From: an uncultured Trueperaceae bacterium
Lineage (GTDB): Bacteria > Deinococcota > Deinococci > Deinococcales > Trueperaceae
Length of the DNA: 64,000 nt
Direction: 5' to 3'
NCBI GenBank assembly: GCA_963727505.1
Contig: CAVSGP010000004.1
Location: 416,001-480,000, forward strand
Below the pieces are notes generated by a model, which was not told the origin of the DNA, ran no database searches, and saw only the letters and a list, made by a program, of their open reading frames with translations. Below, in pieces: positions 53,216 through 62,804 of this stretch (position 1 is its first letter; every line of letters begins with the position of its first letter). The translations under genes were made by a program, and so were the position numbers.

Positions 53216-54358
53216 TCAGGGGAAGGTGTGCCCCACCCACGCCAGCGGGTTGGTGGGCACCCCGTCGACCCGCATCTCCCAGTGCAGGTGAGGCCCGGTG
53301 CTGAGCCCCGTCGTCCCTACCAATCCGACGACGTCGCCGCGCTTGACGCTCTCGCCGTCGTGGACCAGGATCTTCGACTGGTGGAAGTACAGGCTGACGA
53401 TGCCGTCGCCGTGGTCGATGGCGACGACGTTGCCGGAGATGGGAAGCTCGCGCGCTAGCACCACCGTGCCGTCGTTGGTCGCATGGATGGGCGTGCCCTC
53501 CGGCGCCGCCAGATCCAGACCGGTGTGGTAGGACACCGGCCCGCCGGCCGCGTAGCGCCGGGCGGAGCCGAACCCCGCGGACTCGGCCCCCTCGATGGGG
53601 GTCTCGAAGGCGGCGGTCCAGCGCGGCCGGGGAGCGCTCTGTGCGAACGCCGTCGCCAGCGCCTGCTGCTCCTCGGCCCACGCCGTCGGCGTGTCGGTCG
53701 CCAGCACCTTCGGCGGTAGATGGATGGTCTCCACCGCTCCCTTCAGGGGCGTCACCGCGATGCTCCGCGTGTCGCGGTGCATGATGCCGAACTCGTCGGT
53801 AACGCTCACGGCCAGCGTATGGGCGCCCGGAGCGGTCGCCAGCGGGACCGGCACGATGGCGCGCGCGCCGTCGCTTCCCCGCACGAGCCGCTCGTCCTTC
53901 CCGTCGAAGCTCACCTGGACCTTCGTTACATGCGCGCTGCCCGCCGGCCAGCTCACGCGGACGCCCAACGGGTCACCCGCCGTGAGCTGGGCTTCGGACC
54001 GCACCTCGGGCACAGGCGCGGCCACGCCGTCGATCGTAGCCTGCGCGTCGGTACGGTTCCCGGCACCGTCGGTGGCGACGATGTCGACCGGCTGCGGGCC
54101 TGCTTCGGCGGTGAGCGCCACGTTCCAGTCCTGCGTGACCTTGGTAGCGTCGAAGCTACCGTAGCGCACGCGGTAGGTGACCGGCTCGTCGGCCGTGATG
54201 AGCACCTGGGTGGCGCTCCCGGCCTCCGCGCGCGGCGGCGCCTCGATGTACAGCTTGGGCGGGGTGGTGTCGCGCCGCGCCTCCGACACCGCCAGCCCGG
54301 CCAGGGCTGCGCTGAGCACGACGAGGAGGATGAACGCGGGTCGGCGAAGCCGCCTCAT
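53216..54358 (-). CDS. M23 family peptidase
   Basis: N-terminal TM; HTGLDLAAPEGTPI, IDHGDG..SLYFHQS, GTTGLSTGPHLHWE. Confidence 0.92.
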   Translation of the reverse strand: MRRLRRPAFILLVVLSAALAGLAVSEARRDTTPPKLYIEAPPRAEAGSATQVLITADEPVTYRVRYGSFDATKVTQDWNVALTAEAGPQPVDIVATDGAGNRTDAQATIDGVAAPVPEVRSEAQLTAGDPLGVRVSWPAGSAHVTKVQVSFDGKDERLVRGSDGARAIVPVPLATAPGAHTLAVSVTDEFGIMHRDTRSIAVTPLKGAVETIHLPPKVLATDTPTAWAEEQQALATAFAQSAPRPRWTAAFETPIEGAESAGFGSARRYAAGGPVSYHTGLDLAAPEGTPIHATNDGTVVLARELPISGNVVAIDHGDGIVSLYFHQSKILVHDGESVKRGDVVGLVGTTGLSTGPHLHWEMRVDGVPTNPLAWVGHTFP

Positions 54359-54900
54359 GCCTCGCTCTGGCTCGTCACGAACGGCAGGTTGCGGAAGCGA
54401 TGCGCGACGTCGAGGCCGTAACCGTAGACGAAGGCGTCCTCGATCTCGAACCCGACGTAGTCCAGCGGCACCTCGACGACGCGCCGCGACGGCTTCGAAA
54501 GCAGGGTCACCACCTCGACCGAGAGCGGCCCACGCCCGCGCAGATACCCGAGCAGGTACTGCATGGTGAGGCCCGTATCCACGATGTCTTCGACCAGCAA
54601 GACGTGCCGGCCCTTGAGGCTCTGATCGAGGTCCTTGACGAGCTTGACCTCGCCCGAGGACTCGGTGCGGGAGCCGTAGCTCGATACCGACAGAAAGTCG
54701 ACCGTCAGGGGCAGGTCGATGGCGCGCACCAGGTCCGCCATGAACATGAAGGCGCCGTTGAGCACGCAGATGAGGTGGAGCTCGTGGCCCCGATGATCGG
54801 AGCGGATCCGGCCGCCGAGCTCGGCGACTCGGGCCTCGATCTGCTCGCGGGTGATCTGGACGGGGCCGTCGCCGGCCCGGAAGATGCTGGTTTCGGACAT
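54355..54900 (-). CDS. hpt: Hypoxanthine phosphoribosyltransferase
   Basis: VLNGAFMFMADL, VSSYG, VLLVEDIVDTGLT, FVYGYGLD...RNLP. Confidence 0.96.
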   Translation of the reverse strand: MSETSIFRAGDGPVQITREQIEARVAELGGRIRSDHRGHELHLICVLNGAFMFMADLVRAIDLPLTVDFLSVSSYGSRTESSGEVKLVKDLDQSLKGRHVLLVEDIVDTGLTMQYLLGYLRGRGPLSVEVVTLLSKPSRRVVEVPLDYVGFEIEDAFVYGYGLDVAHRFRNLPFVTSQSEA

Positions 54901-55024
54901 GACGCGTCCTTCTCGATGGGGGTGTCGACCGGTGCGGCTCGCTCGCCGCCCGGCACGGCTTGCGCGAGTATACCCGAGCCCGCCGCCCGCGGCGACCCGC
55001 TCACGAGGCGGGTCGGCGCGCGCT

Positions 55025-55753
55025 TCAGGCGCTGCGCAGGCGTGCCAGCTCCCGCTCCGTGAGGCGGCGGTAGTGGCCCGAGGGCAGGTCGCCGAGGCGC
55101 AGCGGCCCCTGTCGGATGCGCACCAACCGGGTGACCCGGTAGCCGACCGCGTCCAGCATGCGGCGCGCCTGCCGGTTGCGCCCTTCGGTCAGCACCAGCA
55201 CGCACCCTCCTTCCGCCGCCGTGACGATCGCAGCTCGGGCAGGACCGTCGTCGAGCTCGACCCCGCCCGCCAACGCCGCCAGCGCAGACGGCTCGACGGT
55301 GCCCTCGGCGCACCACAAGCGGTACTCCTTCTCGTGCCCGTAGCGCGGGTGGGTGAGTTTGAGCGTGAGGTCGCCGTCGGTGGTGACCAGCAGTAGCCCT
55401 TCCGAGTCCATATCGAGCCGCCCCACCGGGTGGAGCCCCGGCAGCTCGGGAAGCAGGTCGAGCACGGTGCGCCTGCCGCGGTCGTCGCGCGCCGTGCTCA
55501 CCACACCCGGCGGCTTGTTCACGAGGAACGTGTCGTGCTCGGCGCGCCGAGCCACGAGCTGTCCGTCGACGCGGACGTCGTCGCCAGACCGCGCCCGGTC
55601 TCCCAGACCGGCGATCCGACCGTTCACCGTGACACGCCCTGCGCGGATCAGGTCCTCGGACTTGCGGCGGCTCGCCACGCCCGCCCGGGAGAGGATCTTC
55701 TGGAGGCGCTCGCCCTCGACGCCCCGCCCCGTGGGGCCGCCGGGCGCGCTCAC
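55025..55753 (-). CDS. rRNA pseudouridine synthase (RluB/RsuA family)
   Basis: ERLQKILSRAGVASRRKSE S4 domain, NKP.GVVST, PVGRLDMDSEGLLL.T.DG, EGRNRQ.RRM. Confidence 0.94.
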   Translation of the reverse strand: MSAPGGPTGRGVEGERLQKILSRAGVASRRKSEDLIRAGRVTVNGRIAGLGDRARSGDDVRVDGQLVARRAEHDTFLVNKPPGVVSTARDDRGRRTVLDLLPELPGLHPVGRLDMDSEGLLLVTTDGDLTLKLTHPRYGHEKEYRLWCAEGTVEPSALAALAGGVELDDGPARAAIVTAAEGGCVLVLTEGRNRQARRMLDAVGYRVTRLVRIRQGPLRLGDLPSGHYRRLTERELARLRSA

Positions 55754-56637
55754 AGCTCGAGCACGCCATGGGCGACGCGCACCGCGCCGCCGCCGACCTC
55801 TACCGCAGGCTCCCCGTCCTCCAAGCGGATGCGAAGGTGGATCTCGCTCGACCGGCCCATCTCCACACCCTGGCGGCTGAGCACCTCGACGGGTCCCCGC
55901 GTGGCGTCGACGAGACCGGTCCACGCCAGGTACGCGCCCAGCGGGCCGTGCGCGCTTCCGGTCGCAGGATCCTCCACCACGCCGAGGGCCTCGCCGAACA
56001 TGCGCGCACGTACGTACGCGTCCTCGGCGTCGAGGGTGAAGGCCAGCACCGCGCGGTGGTCGGCGGGCACGAACGAGGCCACCACCTCGAGATCGAGGCG
56101 CGCGCGTGCGAGCGCGCTCCGGTCCCGCAACGGCACCAGCAGGAAGGGCACGCCGGCGCTCACGACCTCGAGAGGAAGATCGGCGTCGAGCTCGTCGACG
56201 TCGAGCCCCAGTGCGCGCGCCACCCCGGGACGATCCCCGACGCGCGCCAGCCGCCGTGGTCGGCCCTGGTCCATCCACACGCGCACCAACCGCCCGGCGC
56301 TGCGTTCGAACCTCAGCCCCACCACGCCCACGCCGAGCTCGATCCGGCCCCGGTCGCCGCCGAAGACGCCACGAGCGTCGAGCGCGAACGCGGTCCCGAT
56401 CGTGGGGTGGCCGGCCATCGGCAGCTCCCGCGCCGGCGTGAAGTATCGCGCCCGCGCCTCGGCCCGCTCGCTGGGGAGCACGAACGCGGTCTCGGACAGG
56501 TTGAACTCACGCGCCAGGGCCTGCATCGCGGCGTCGTCGAGACCGCTGGCGTCGGTGACCACCGCCAGCGGGTTCCCGCCGAACACGCGCGCGGTGAACA
56601 CGTCCCAGCGCTCGTAGGGGTAGCTTCTCGTCGCCAT
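55750..56637 (-). CDS. PhzF family epimerase/isomerase
   Basis: DVFT....GGNPLAV, AREFNLSETAFV, FTP..ELPMAGHPT, EDPATGSA, QG.EMGR.S. Confidence 0.93.
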   Translation of the reverse strand: MATRSYPYERWDVFTARVFGGNPLAVVTDASGLDDAAMQALAREFNLSETAFVLPSERAEARARYFTPARELPMAGHPTIGTAFALDARGVFGGDRGRIELGVGVVGLRFERSAGRLVRVWMDQGRPRRLARVGDRPGVARALGLDVDELDADLPLEVVSAGVPFLLVPLRDRSALARARLDLEVVASFVPADHRAVLAFTLDAEDAYVRARMFGEALGVVEDPATGSAHGPLGAYLAWTGLVDATRGPVEVLSRQGVEMGRSSEIHLRIRLEDGEPAVEVGGGAVRVAHGVLEL

Positions 56638-56718
56638 GCTGCGCCATTGTACGCATGCGCCCTTCCGGCCGCCGGCCGGCGCTGCGGTAGCGACCGGCAA
56701 CCGGTAGAATGGTGCGTC

Positions 56719-57150
56719 ATGGACGCGCTCAGCCCGGATGCCATGCGGTCGCTCGTCGAGGAGCTCATCCCCTTCAACCGCTTCCTCGGGGTCCGGTTGG
56801 AGAGCGTCGACCGCGAAGCCGGTCACCTCGGCACGCGCCTGGACTTGCGACCGGAGTTCGTGGGCAACGCGCTGCGCGACATGCCGCACGGTGGCGTCGT
56901 GTCGGCCTTGATCGACGCCACGGCCGGCGCTGCCGCCGCGCTCTCCCTCGAGGACCTTTCGCTGGCGGACCGAGTGGCCACCATCGACATGCGGGTGGAC
57001 TACCTGCGCGCCGCGCGCGGCGCGTCGCTCCACGCCCACGCCGAGGTGATGCGCACGGGCCACCGCGTGATCGTGGTGCGCACCGACGTGCACGACGATA
57101 CCGGCGCTCTGGTTGCGCTGGGGTCCAACGCCTTCCACGTGGCGCGTTGA
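56719..57150 (+). CDS. PaaI/hotdog-fold thioesterase
   Basis: IPFNRFLG, GN....HGGVVSALID, TIDMRVDYLR. Confidence 0.9.
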   Translation: MDALSPDAMRSLVEELIPFNRFLGVRLESVDREAGHLGTRLDLRPEFVGNALRDMPHGGVVSALIDATAGAAAALSLEDLSLADRVATIDMRVDYLRAARGASLHAHAEVMRTGHRVIVVRTDVHDDTGALVALGSNAFHVAR

Positions 57151-57168
57151 GGCACGCGGGCGGCTTGT

Positions 57169-57197
57169 GCAACCCCGATGCAACCCCTGAGCAACCC
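57169..57197 (+). repeat. Three phased GCAACCC direct repeats (11-bp period) upstream of the aminopeptidase gene
   Basis: GCAACCC at 57169, 57180 and 57191. Confidence 0.8.
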
Positions 57198-57220
57198 AAC
57201 GTCGTGATAGCCTCGCCGCC

Positions 57221-58309
57221 GTGATCCAGCCGATCTTCGAGCGTTACGCCGAGCTGCTGGTGGGCTACTGCACCGAGGTCGCCCCTGGCGAGCACGTCTA
57301 CCTTTCCGTCGACACCCCGGCGATGGAGCTGGGGCGCGCCCTGGTCCGCACGGTGCTGCGGGCCGGCGCCCAGCCCCACCTGCGACTCGCCTACCCCGCG
57401 TACGCCGGTGACGTCCTGGAGCTGGCGAGCGACGGCCTCCTCGACGGCCGTCCCGAGCTGGAACTCGAGGAGATGCGCCGCATGGACGCCTACATCCGGG
57501 TCGCCGCCCCGGACGGCGGCCGGGTCCTGCAGGGTATCGACAAGGAACGCACGACGCGCTGGCGCCGGCGCAACCAACCGGTCCAGGAGGAGCGTGTCAA
57601 CCGTACCCGTTGGGTGAGCACGCTCTTCCCCACGACCGGCGGCGCACAGGACGCGGGCATGAGCCTCGACCACTACGAGCGCTTCGTGTTCGACGCGATG
57701 TACCTCTTCGACGACGACCCCTCACGCCGCTGGCGGGAGCTGCGCTCGCATCAGGCGCGCATCATCGAGCGCCTCCAGCGTGCCAGCGAGGTGCGCATCC
57801 TAGCGGAGGGAACCGACCTGCGCCTCGACGTCCGGGGGCGCACCTGGATCAACTCCGACGGCAAGCGCAACATGCCGTCGGGCGAGGTCTTCACCGGCCC
57901 GGTCGAATCGAGCGCCGAGGGGACGATCCGCTTCGATGTGCCAAGCACGGTCGAGGGGGTCGACGTCGACGACGTGCGCCTGACCTTCCGCGACGGCAAG
58001 GTGGTCGAGGCCCATGCCGGGCGCGGCCAGGAGGTGCTCGACGCCCAGCTCGCCACCGACGCAGGCGCTCGCTTCCTGGGCGAGCTCGGGATCGGGACCA
58101 ACGAGCGCATCCAGCGCCCCACCCGCTCCACGCTCTTCGACGAGAAGATCGGCGGCACCGTCCACCTGGCGCTGGGACGCTCCTACCCGGAGACCGGCGG
58201 TGTCAACGACAGCGCCATCCATTGGGACCTGGTGTGCGACCTGCGCCGAGGCGGCTCGCTGCTGATCGACGGGGAGCCGGTCCAGGAGAGCGGGCGCTTC
58301 CTGTTGTGA
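57221..58309 (+). CDS. Aminopeptidase (M29, AmpT/AmpS/PepS family)
   Basis: NMPSGEVFTGP, GELGIGTN, LFDEKIGGTVHLALG.SY...GG.N.SAIHWD. Confidence 0.94.
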   Translation: MIQPIFERYAELLVGYCTEVAPGEHVYLSVDTPAMELGRALVRTVLRAGAQPHLRLAYPAYAGDVLELASDGLLDGRPELELEEMRRMDAYIRVAAPDGGRVLQGIDKERTTRWRRRNQPVQEERVNRTRWVSTLFPTTGGAQDAGMSLDHYERFVFDAMYLFDDDPSRRWRELRSHQARIIERLQRASEVRILAEGTDLRLDVRGRTWINSDGKRNMPSGEVFTGPVESSAEGTIRFDVPSTVEGVDVDDVRLTFRDGKVVEAHAGRGQEVLDAQLATDAGARFLGELGIGTNERIQRPTRSTLFDEKIGGTVHLALGRSYPETGGVNDSAIHWDLVCDLRRGGSLLIDGEPVQESGRFLL

Positions 58310-58376
58310 GGCGCCCGCGCCCCCTTGCGCCGCCGGCGGGGCGTGGTAACATGCGAACCCGCGACCGCGCGTGGAC

Positions 58377-58463
58377 GCCGAAGTGGCGGAATTGGTAGAC
58401 GCGCATGATTCAGGGTCATGTGACCGCAAGGTCGTGGGGGTTCAAGTCCCCCCTTCGGCACCA
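58377..58463 (+). tRNA. tRNA-Leu(CAG)
   Basis: Acceptor stem GCCGAAG/CTTCGGC plus ACCA; D-loop TGGCGGAATTGGTAGACGC; anticodon arm CATGA-TTCAGGG-TCATG; long variable arm; T-loop GTTCAAG. Upstream TTGCGC-16-TAACAT promoter. Confidence 0.96.
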
Positions 58464-58489
58464 AGTCCTAGACAGGACAAACGGCAAAT

Positions 58490-58516
58490 CGGGCGACCTT
58501 CCCCCAAGGTCGCCCG
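58490..58516 (+). terminator. Hairpin downstream of tRNA-Leu
   Basis: CGGGCGACCTT-CCCCC-AAGGTCGCCCG perfect 11-bp stem. Confidence 0.65.
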
Positions 58517-58731
58517 CAGTCGTTGTGTGCCTATAGTGTGCCGGGATCAGCCCCGACTCGAACGACCGCCTTGTGGGCCCTCGCTCGAGAACCCCAGAGC
58601 GCTTGGGCACTGCGCCAAGAGCCAGAAACCACGCCCTGGACACTGTCAAGGCTAGCGACGGGGAGTTGCGAAGCCCTATGATTAGGAGATCGGCAGGCAA
58701 GCGGTCACCAGCCGGCCGAGATCGGAGCCAT

Positions 58732-59022
58732 ATGTTCGGTGAGACGATGACACTTGAGGATGTTGTAGGAAAGCCCCAGGTCCTTGGAACACTGATGCCA
58801 AACGCTGGAGGTTGGTATGGGCGACGGTTCGATGCGACCTTCGACGTCTTGCGCCTCGCCGACCTAGCCCTCTTGCGGACGCTGGAACCGCGTCAACGCG
58901 TCACAATCCGTAGCAGGATGGAAACTGACCGTGAAGAGCGCTTTTTCGCCGCCTACGTATGGCCAGACAACTGTCTTGTCGAGCTAATTGGGTGCGGCGC
59001 TCCCACCTCTTCGTCTATCTAA
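58732..59022 (+). CDS. Hypothetical protein
   Basis: 96-aa ORF with GGAG upstream; overlaps the integrase 3' end by 39 nt; no recognisable motif. Confidence 0.4.
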   Translation: MFGETMTLEDVVGKPQVLGTLMPNAGGWYGRRFDATFDVLRLADLALLRTLEPRQRVTIRSRMETDREERFFAAYVWPDNCLVELIGCGAPTSSSI

Positions 59023-60117
59023 GCCGAATCCACCGAGCATCCGATCGACAACGTCGCTGGCATCGCGCTGCAGACTCGGGAGGACGTGGCTGTAGGTGTC
59101 CAGTGTGATCTGGATGGTTGAGTGGCCGAGGCGCTCACTCACGACCTTGGGATGCACGCCGGCCAACAGGAGCAGCGAAGCGTGCGTATGCCGCAGATCG
59201 TAGAGCCGCAGGTCGAGCGGGAGCTCGGCCCGCTTGAGGGCCGGCTTGAAGTGGTGCTCTACCAGGGCACGCTGGCAGTAAGGCTCGCCGGAGAAGTTCG
59301 TGAACACCAGCTCGCCATCACGCACGTGGTCCGCTAGTAGGCTCACCAGGCCGTCGGGCAGGTCGATCTGGCGCTTCCCCTTCGCCGTCTTCGGCGGATT
59401 GAACACCCACCGACCGCCCACCTTTGACGCGGTGCGCTGGACGTGAAGGCGCCGGCCGATGAGGTCGACATCGCTCCACTTCAATCCTGCGGCCTCACTA
59501 GGGCGCATGCCGGTCCCGAGCAGGGTTGCCAGAAGCACTCGGTAGGGATCGCTCTCGATCGCTTCGAGGAAGCTACCAGCCTGCTCCTGGTCCAGCGTGC
59601 GCATCTCGTGCTGCTGTTGCCTCGGCAGGTCGACGGCGTCCGCTGGGTTCACGCGCAGCATGCGCCACTTGACGGCTTGCTGCAGCGCGTTCCGGAAGAT
59701 GGCATGCGTGAGTCTCACAGTGCGGGCTGAGAGGCCCCTGTCGAGCATCTGGCCGTAGAGGCCCTGGATCTGCAGCGGCGTGATCTTCTCAAGCCTGCTG
59801 GCGCCCAGCACGGGCGTCACGTACCGCTCGAGCGTCTCCTCGTATTGGTTGTACGTGCGCTCGCGGAGGCGTGGCTTGGCGGCCGCCCGAAGCCAGTGTT
59901 CGAGGTACTCGTTGAGCGTCTGCGGGTTGGCCTTGCTGAGCTCGCCGGCATCGTTCTTCACGAGGAGCTTGTTCAGGACGCGCTGAGCGTCCTTGTCGGT
60001 GCCGCGAACGGTTTGGTTGTAGTACTGGCGCTTCCCTGTGCCGTCGGCGCCGAGGTAGATGCGCACGACAAACGTGCGGTCGCCGCGGTCGATGATCTGG
60101 CCGGCTCTACGGGCCAT
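58984..60117 (-). CDS. Tyrosine recombinase/integrase with N-terminal arm-binding domain
   Basis: TGMRPSEAAGLKWSDVD (Arg), PKT (Lys), YDLRHTHAS, VSERLGHS, TLDTYSH (Tyr); SAM-like TL..YL..WL region. Confidence 0.95.
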   Translation of the reverse strand: MARRAGQIIDRGDRTFVVRIYLGADGTGKRQYYNQTVRGTDKDAQRVLNKLLVKNDAGELSKANPQTLNEYLEHWLRAAAKPRLRERTYNQYEETLERYVTPVLGASRLEKITPLQIQGLYGQMLDRGLSARTVRLTHAIFRNALQQAVKWRMLRVNPADAVDLPRQQQHEMRTLDQEQAGSFLEAIESDPYRVLLATLLGTGMRPSEAAGLKWSDVDLIGRRLHVQRTASKVGGRWVFNPPKTAKGKRQIDLPDGLVSLLADHVRDGELVFTNFSGEPYCQRALVEHHFKPALKRAELPLDLRLYDLRHTHASLLLLAGVHPKVVSERLGHSTIQITLDTYSHVLPSLQRDASDVVDRMLGGFGLDRRRGGSAAPN

Positions 60118-60119
60118 GC

Positions 60120-60332
60120 TTACCGCTCCTTCGGGACGGCGACGAGCTCGAGGTCGAGGGCGTCGAGAACCTTGAGCCAGGTCTCGGGAATCTTGCCGAC
60201 GTGGCCGGTCATGAGGCGGCTGACATATTGGGACTTCATGCCAACGAGTTGGGCGAGGTCGCCTTGCTTGAGGTCGCGTTCGGCAAGTCGGACGCGCACG
60301 GCTCGGCGGATCTGGTCGTTCATGGCTGCCAT
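60120..60332 (-). CDS. XRE family HTH regulator
   Basis: LAERDLKQGDLAQLVGMKSQYVSRL..G...W.KVLDALDLEL; ends 2 nt before the integrase ATG and supplies its SD (AAGGAG). Confidence 0.85.
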   Translation of the reverse strand: MAAMNDQIRRAVRVRLAERDLKQGDLAQLVGMKSQYVSRLMTGHVGKIPETWLKVLDALDLELVAVPKER

Positions 60333-60795
60333 GTTCTCACGTCTCCATTCCTCGGTTATCACTTTACCACTATCTGTTGACCACTGTAACTGTAAGGGGT
60401 ACACGCCAGCGTCTCCGGAAGGAGGAAATCAGGAGCGCGGTCCGCCAAAATGGCGCAACCAACTTGTCAGGGATCGAGTTCCATGCCGTGCCGGGTCACC
60501 TGCCGTGAGCGAACGCCCGGACTTATAGTCTGAGGCATACCGAGACCAGTTCACCAACGACCGAAGGGGGGATGGCGATGCTGGGTTCTTTGTTCCCGTT
60601 CACCAAACGAGTTGCTCGCGGAGGCTATGCGATTCGGCTTGGTGCGTTCGTCGCAATCGGACCAGCTTTGGACGCCCTAGGCGAAGCCGGACCGCGCTCA
60701 CAAGGAGACGAGCTGCCCGTTTCTCCGAGCAGGACGGGCGCGGAGAGGTTGTCAGCAAGCGCCAGTTCCACCGACGCGACGGGCGCTTGAGTCGG

Positions 60796-61266
60796 ATGGC
60801 CAGGGTTCTGCGGACCGTCTTGGGGGCTTTCGGGCTCCTCCTTTTCCTATTCGTAGCTGCGTTCATGTACAGCGAAGGGTTCCGCGACTGGGTCTTGGGT
60901 GCGACAGCCCACCCCGAATATCAGGGCTTCCCAGACTCGGAACTTCACGCTTCGTTGGCATCTGCAAGAGCGTGGTCCATGCTCTCAGGCAAGGAACGCG
61001 GGTCCATTGGCGAGTTCCAAATGCGCTCGTCGCGCGGACCCGTCACGGCACGATTATGCAAACAATATGGGGGGTTCCCGTTCTTCGGCATCGTCAGCTA
61101 CAAGTTCCTTGAGGAATACGGCCACGGCGTTAATCTTGTTCAGGACAGTAAATCGGGTGAGGTCTACTTGAGCGTCGGATTCGGTCAGTATTCCCCTGAT
61201 CTGCTCGGATCGTTCCTCGGCACGCAGGAGGTCGGAGCTTGCCTATACCGAGTGACGAGCCCCTAG
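60796..61266 (+). CDS. Hypothetical membrane-anchored protein
   Basis: N-terminal basic and hydrophobic segment (VLGAFGLLLFLFVAAF), then a soluble domain. Confidence 0.6.
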   Translation: MARVLRTVLGAFGLLLFLFVAAFMYSEGFRDWVLGATAHPEYQGFPDSELHASLASARAWSMLSGKERGSIGEFQMRSSRGPVTARLCKQYGGFPFFGIVSYKFLEEYGHGVNLVQDSKSGEVYLSVGFGQYSPDLLGSFLGTQEVGACLYRVTSP

Positions 61267-61435
61267 CAAGGGAGAGTATGAACCCGTTCGGTGAGCTCCG
61301 CGGCGTAAGGGAACTGAGTTAGTAGAGAAACCTAGCCCGCGCTATGGGTTGAGCGCCGTGAATGGGCGCTTGAGAAAGCCCACACCATGCTGGCCTCCCC
61401 TATGGTGGATTGAAAGAACCAAAGGGGGGATACCA

Positions 61436-61681
61436 ATGCTGAACAAATGGAAGCTCTCTACCATCGTCCTGGCCGCGGTCCTGGCCGGCTTTCTTCTGGC
61501 TCAAGTGACGGGAATGGGCTTCGTCACCGCACAGTCCGGAAGCATCGCGAAGGTCCAGCTCGACACGAGCAATTGCGGGTATGGAATCGCGATAGACCCT
61601 CTTCCATCAGGGGCGTTCGTCGTGCAGGGGCAAACAGACCAATACGGCCGGAACATGTACGTCTACAACGTCTGCAAGTAG
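61436..61681 (+). CDS. Small secreted protein (81 aa, two Cys)
   Basis: AAAGGGGG SD; signal peptide MLNKWKLSTIVLAAVLAGFLLA. Confidence 0.7.
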   Translation: MLNKWKLSTIVLAAVLAGFLLAQVTGMGFVTAQSGSIAKVQLDTSNCGYGIAIDPLPSGAFVVQGQTDQYGRNMYVYNVCK

Positions 61682-61757
61682 GCCTCGCGCAACGGTCGCT
61701 CTAGAGTGTCGATTAGACTTGTCAGGGCTGTCACGTAGGGGGGGGCGGGCGGGAACC

Positions 61758-62039
61758 ATGACCTTCATTGTCTTTTGGATCATCGCTGGCATCGTTGTGG
61801 CGCTCATCGCCAACTCGAAGGGCCGCAGCGGCTGCGGATGGTTCATCTACGGCTTCCTGCTTTGGCCAATAGCTCTCGTACATATCCTCGTGTCGCCTCC
61901 GAACCAGAAGACGGTCGAGACGCGCGCCCTTCGGAGCGGAACGCAGAAGAAGTGCCCTCACTGCGCTGAACTCATCAAGGCGGACGCCAAGGTCTGCCGC
62001 TATTGCGGCCGAGACGTCGGAACAGTTCCCACGGAGTAG
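61758..62039 (+). CDS. Two-TM membrane protein with C-terminal zinc ribbon
   Basis: IA.SKGRS..GWF.YG.LL.PIAL TM pair, then KKCPHCAELIKADAKVCRYCG. Confidence 0.85.
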   Translation: MTFIVFWIIAGIVVALIANSKGRSGCGWFIYGFLLWPIALVHILVSPPNQKTVETRALRSGTQKKCPHCAELIKADAKVCRYCGRDVGTVPTE

Positions 62040-62126
62040 GTGCCCCGCACAAATGGTCCTCTTCACCACATCGCGTACTGGCGTGTGCACTTGAGGTATT
62101 CGAGAATGATGAGATTGGGGGCAAAT

Positions 62127-62804
62127 ATGCGTGTCGGCTTGAGCCTTCTCGTTTGCATGTTCGCAGCATCCGCGCTCGCTCAATCGAATTGGACGTCCTA
62201 TCGCACTCTCTCAAGCGATTACCTCCTTTACATACACAACGACTCAACCGGCGCGGGAACGTTCCGTGATGTCGTCTATCTCTCCACCAAAGCCACCATC
62301 GGCGACCAGTTAGTGCATAGAGGGTCTGAAGGATTCTCGACCCCCCAGGTGCACGTGTTCCACTGCGAGGACTGGACATTCGAGGGCGTCCTGAACGGCT
62401 CTTTGATCATCTCCCGATCCGCTTTCACAATCACGCGTTTGACCACAGTGGCAAGCGACAAGGTCGTGCTTGACCCATTCCTTAAGGCGGCGGTCGGTAC
62501 GGAGGATTGGGGCAGGTCGCTTGTATCCCTTTGTTCGCGCTCCTATGTATCCGACAACCAGGTCTCAACCGACAGCCTGTACGTCCCTTTGCCCACGACG
62601 CCTGGGACACAGATAAGACTGAATCCCTCGGGCTGGTCTTCGGGCTTCTTGACTTTCATTTTCGATGCGAAGCTTAACGAGCTGGACCGCTTCCCTGCAC
62701 TGAATCGGAAGCAAGACCTTGGTTCAGGCTCACATCTGTCTCCCCTTGCAAACTGTTTTGGGAGCCCGCTCTGCGGGGAGACGGCGCGCGCCTCTCATCT
62801 GTAG
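62127..62804 (+). CDS. Hypothetical secreted protein
   Basis: Signal peptide MRVGLSLLVCMFAASALA-Q; GGGGG SD-like element. Confidence 0.6.
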   Translation: MRVGLSLLVCMFAASALAQSNWTSYRTLSSDYLLYIHNDSTGAGTFRDVVYLSTKATIGDQLVHRGSEGFSTPQVHVFHCEDWTFEGVLNGSLIISRSAFTITRLTTVASDKVVLDPFLKAAVGTEDWGRSLVSLCSRSYVSDNQVSTDSLYVPLPTTPGTQIRLNPSGWSSGFLTFIFDAKLNELDRFPALNRKQDLGSGSHLSPLANCFGSPLCGETARASHL

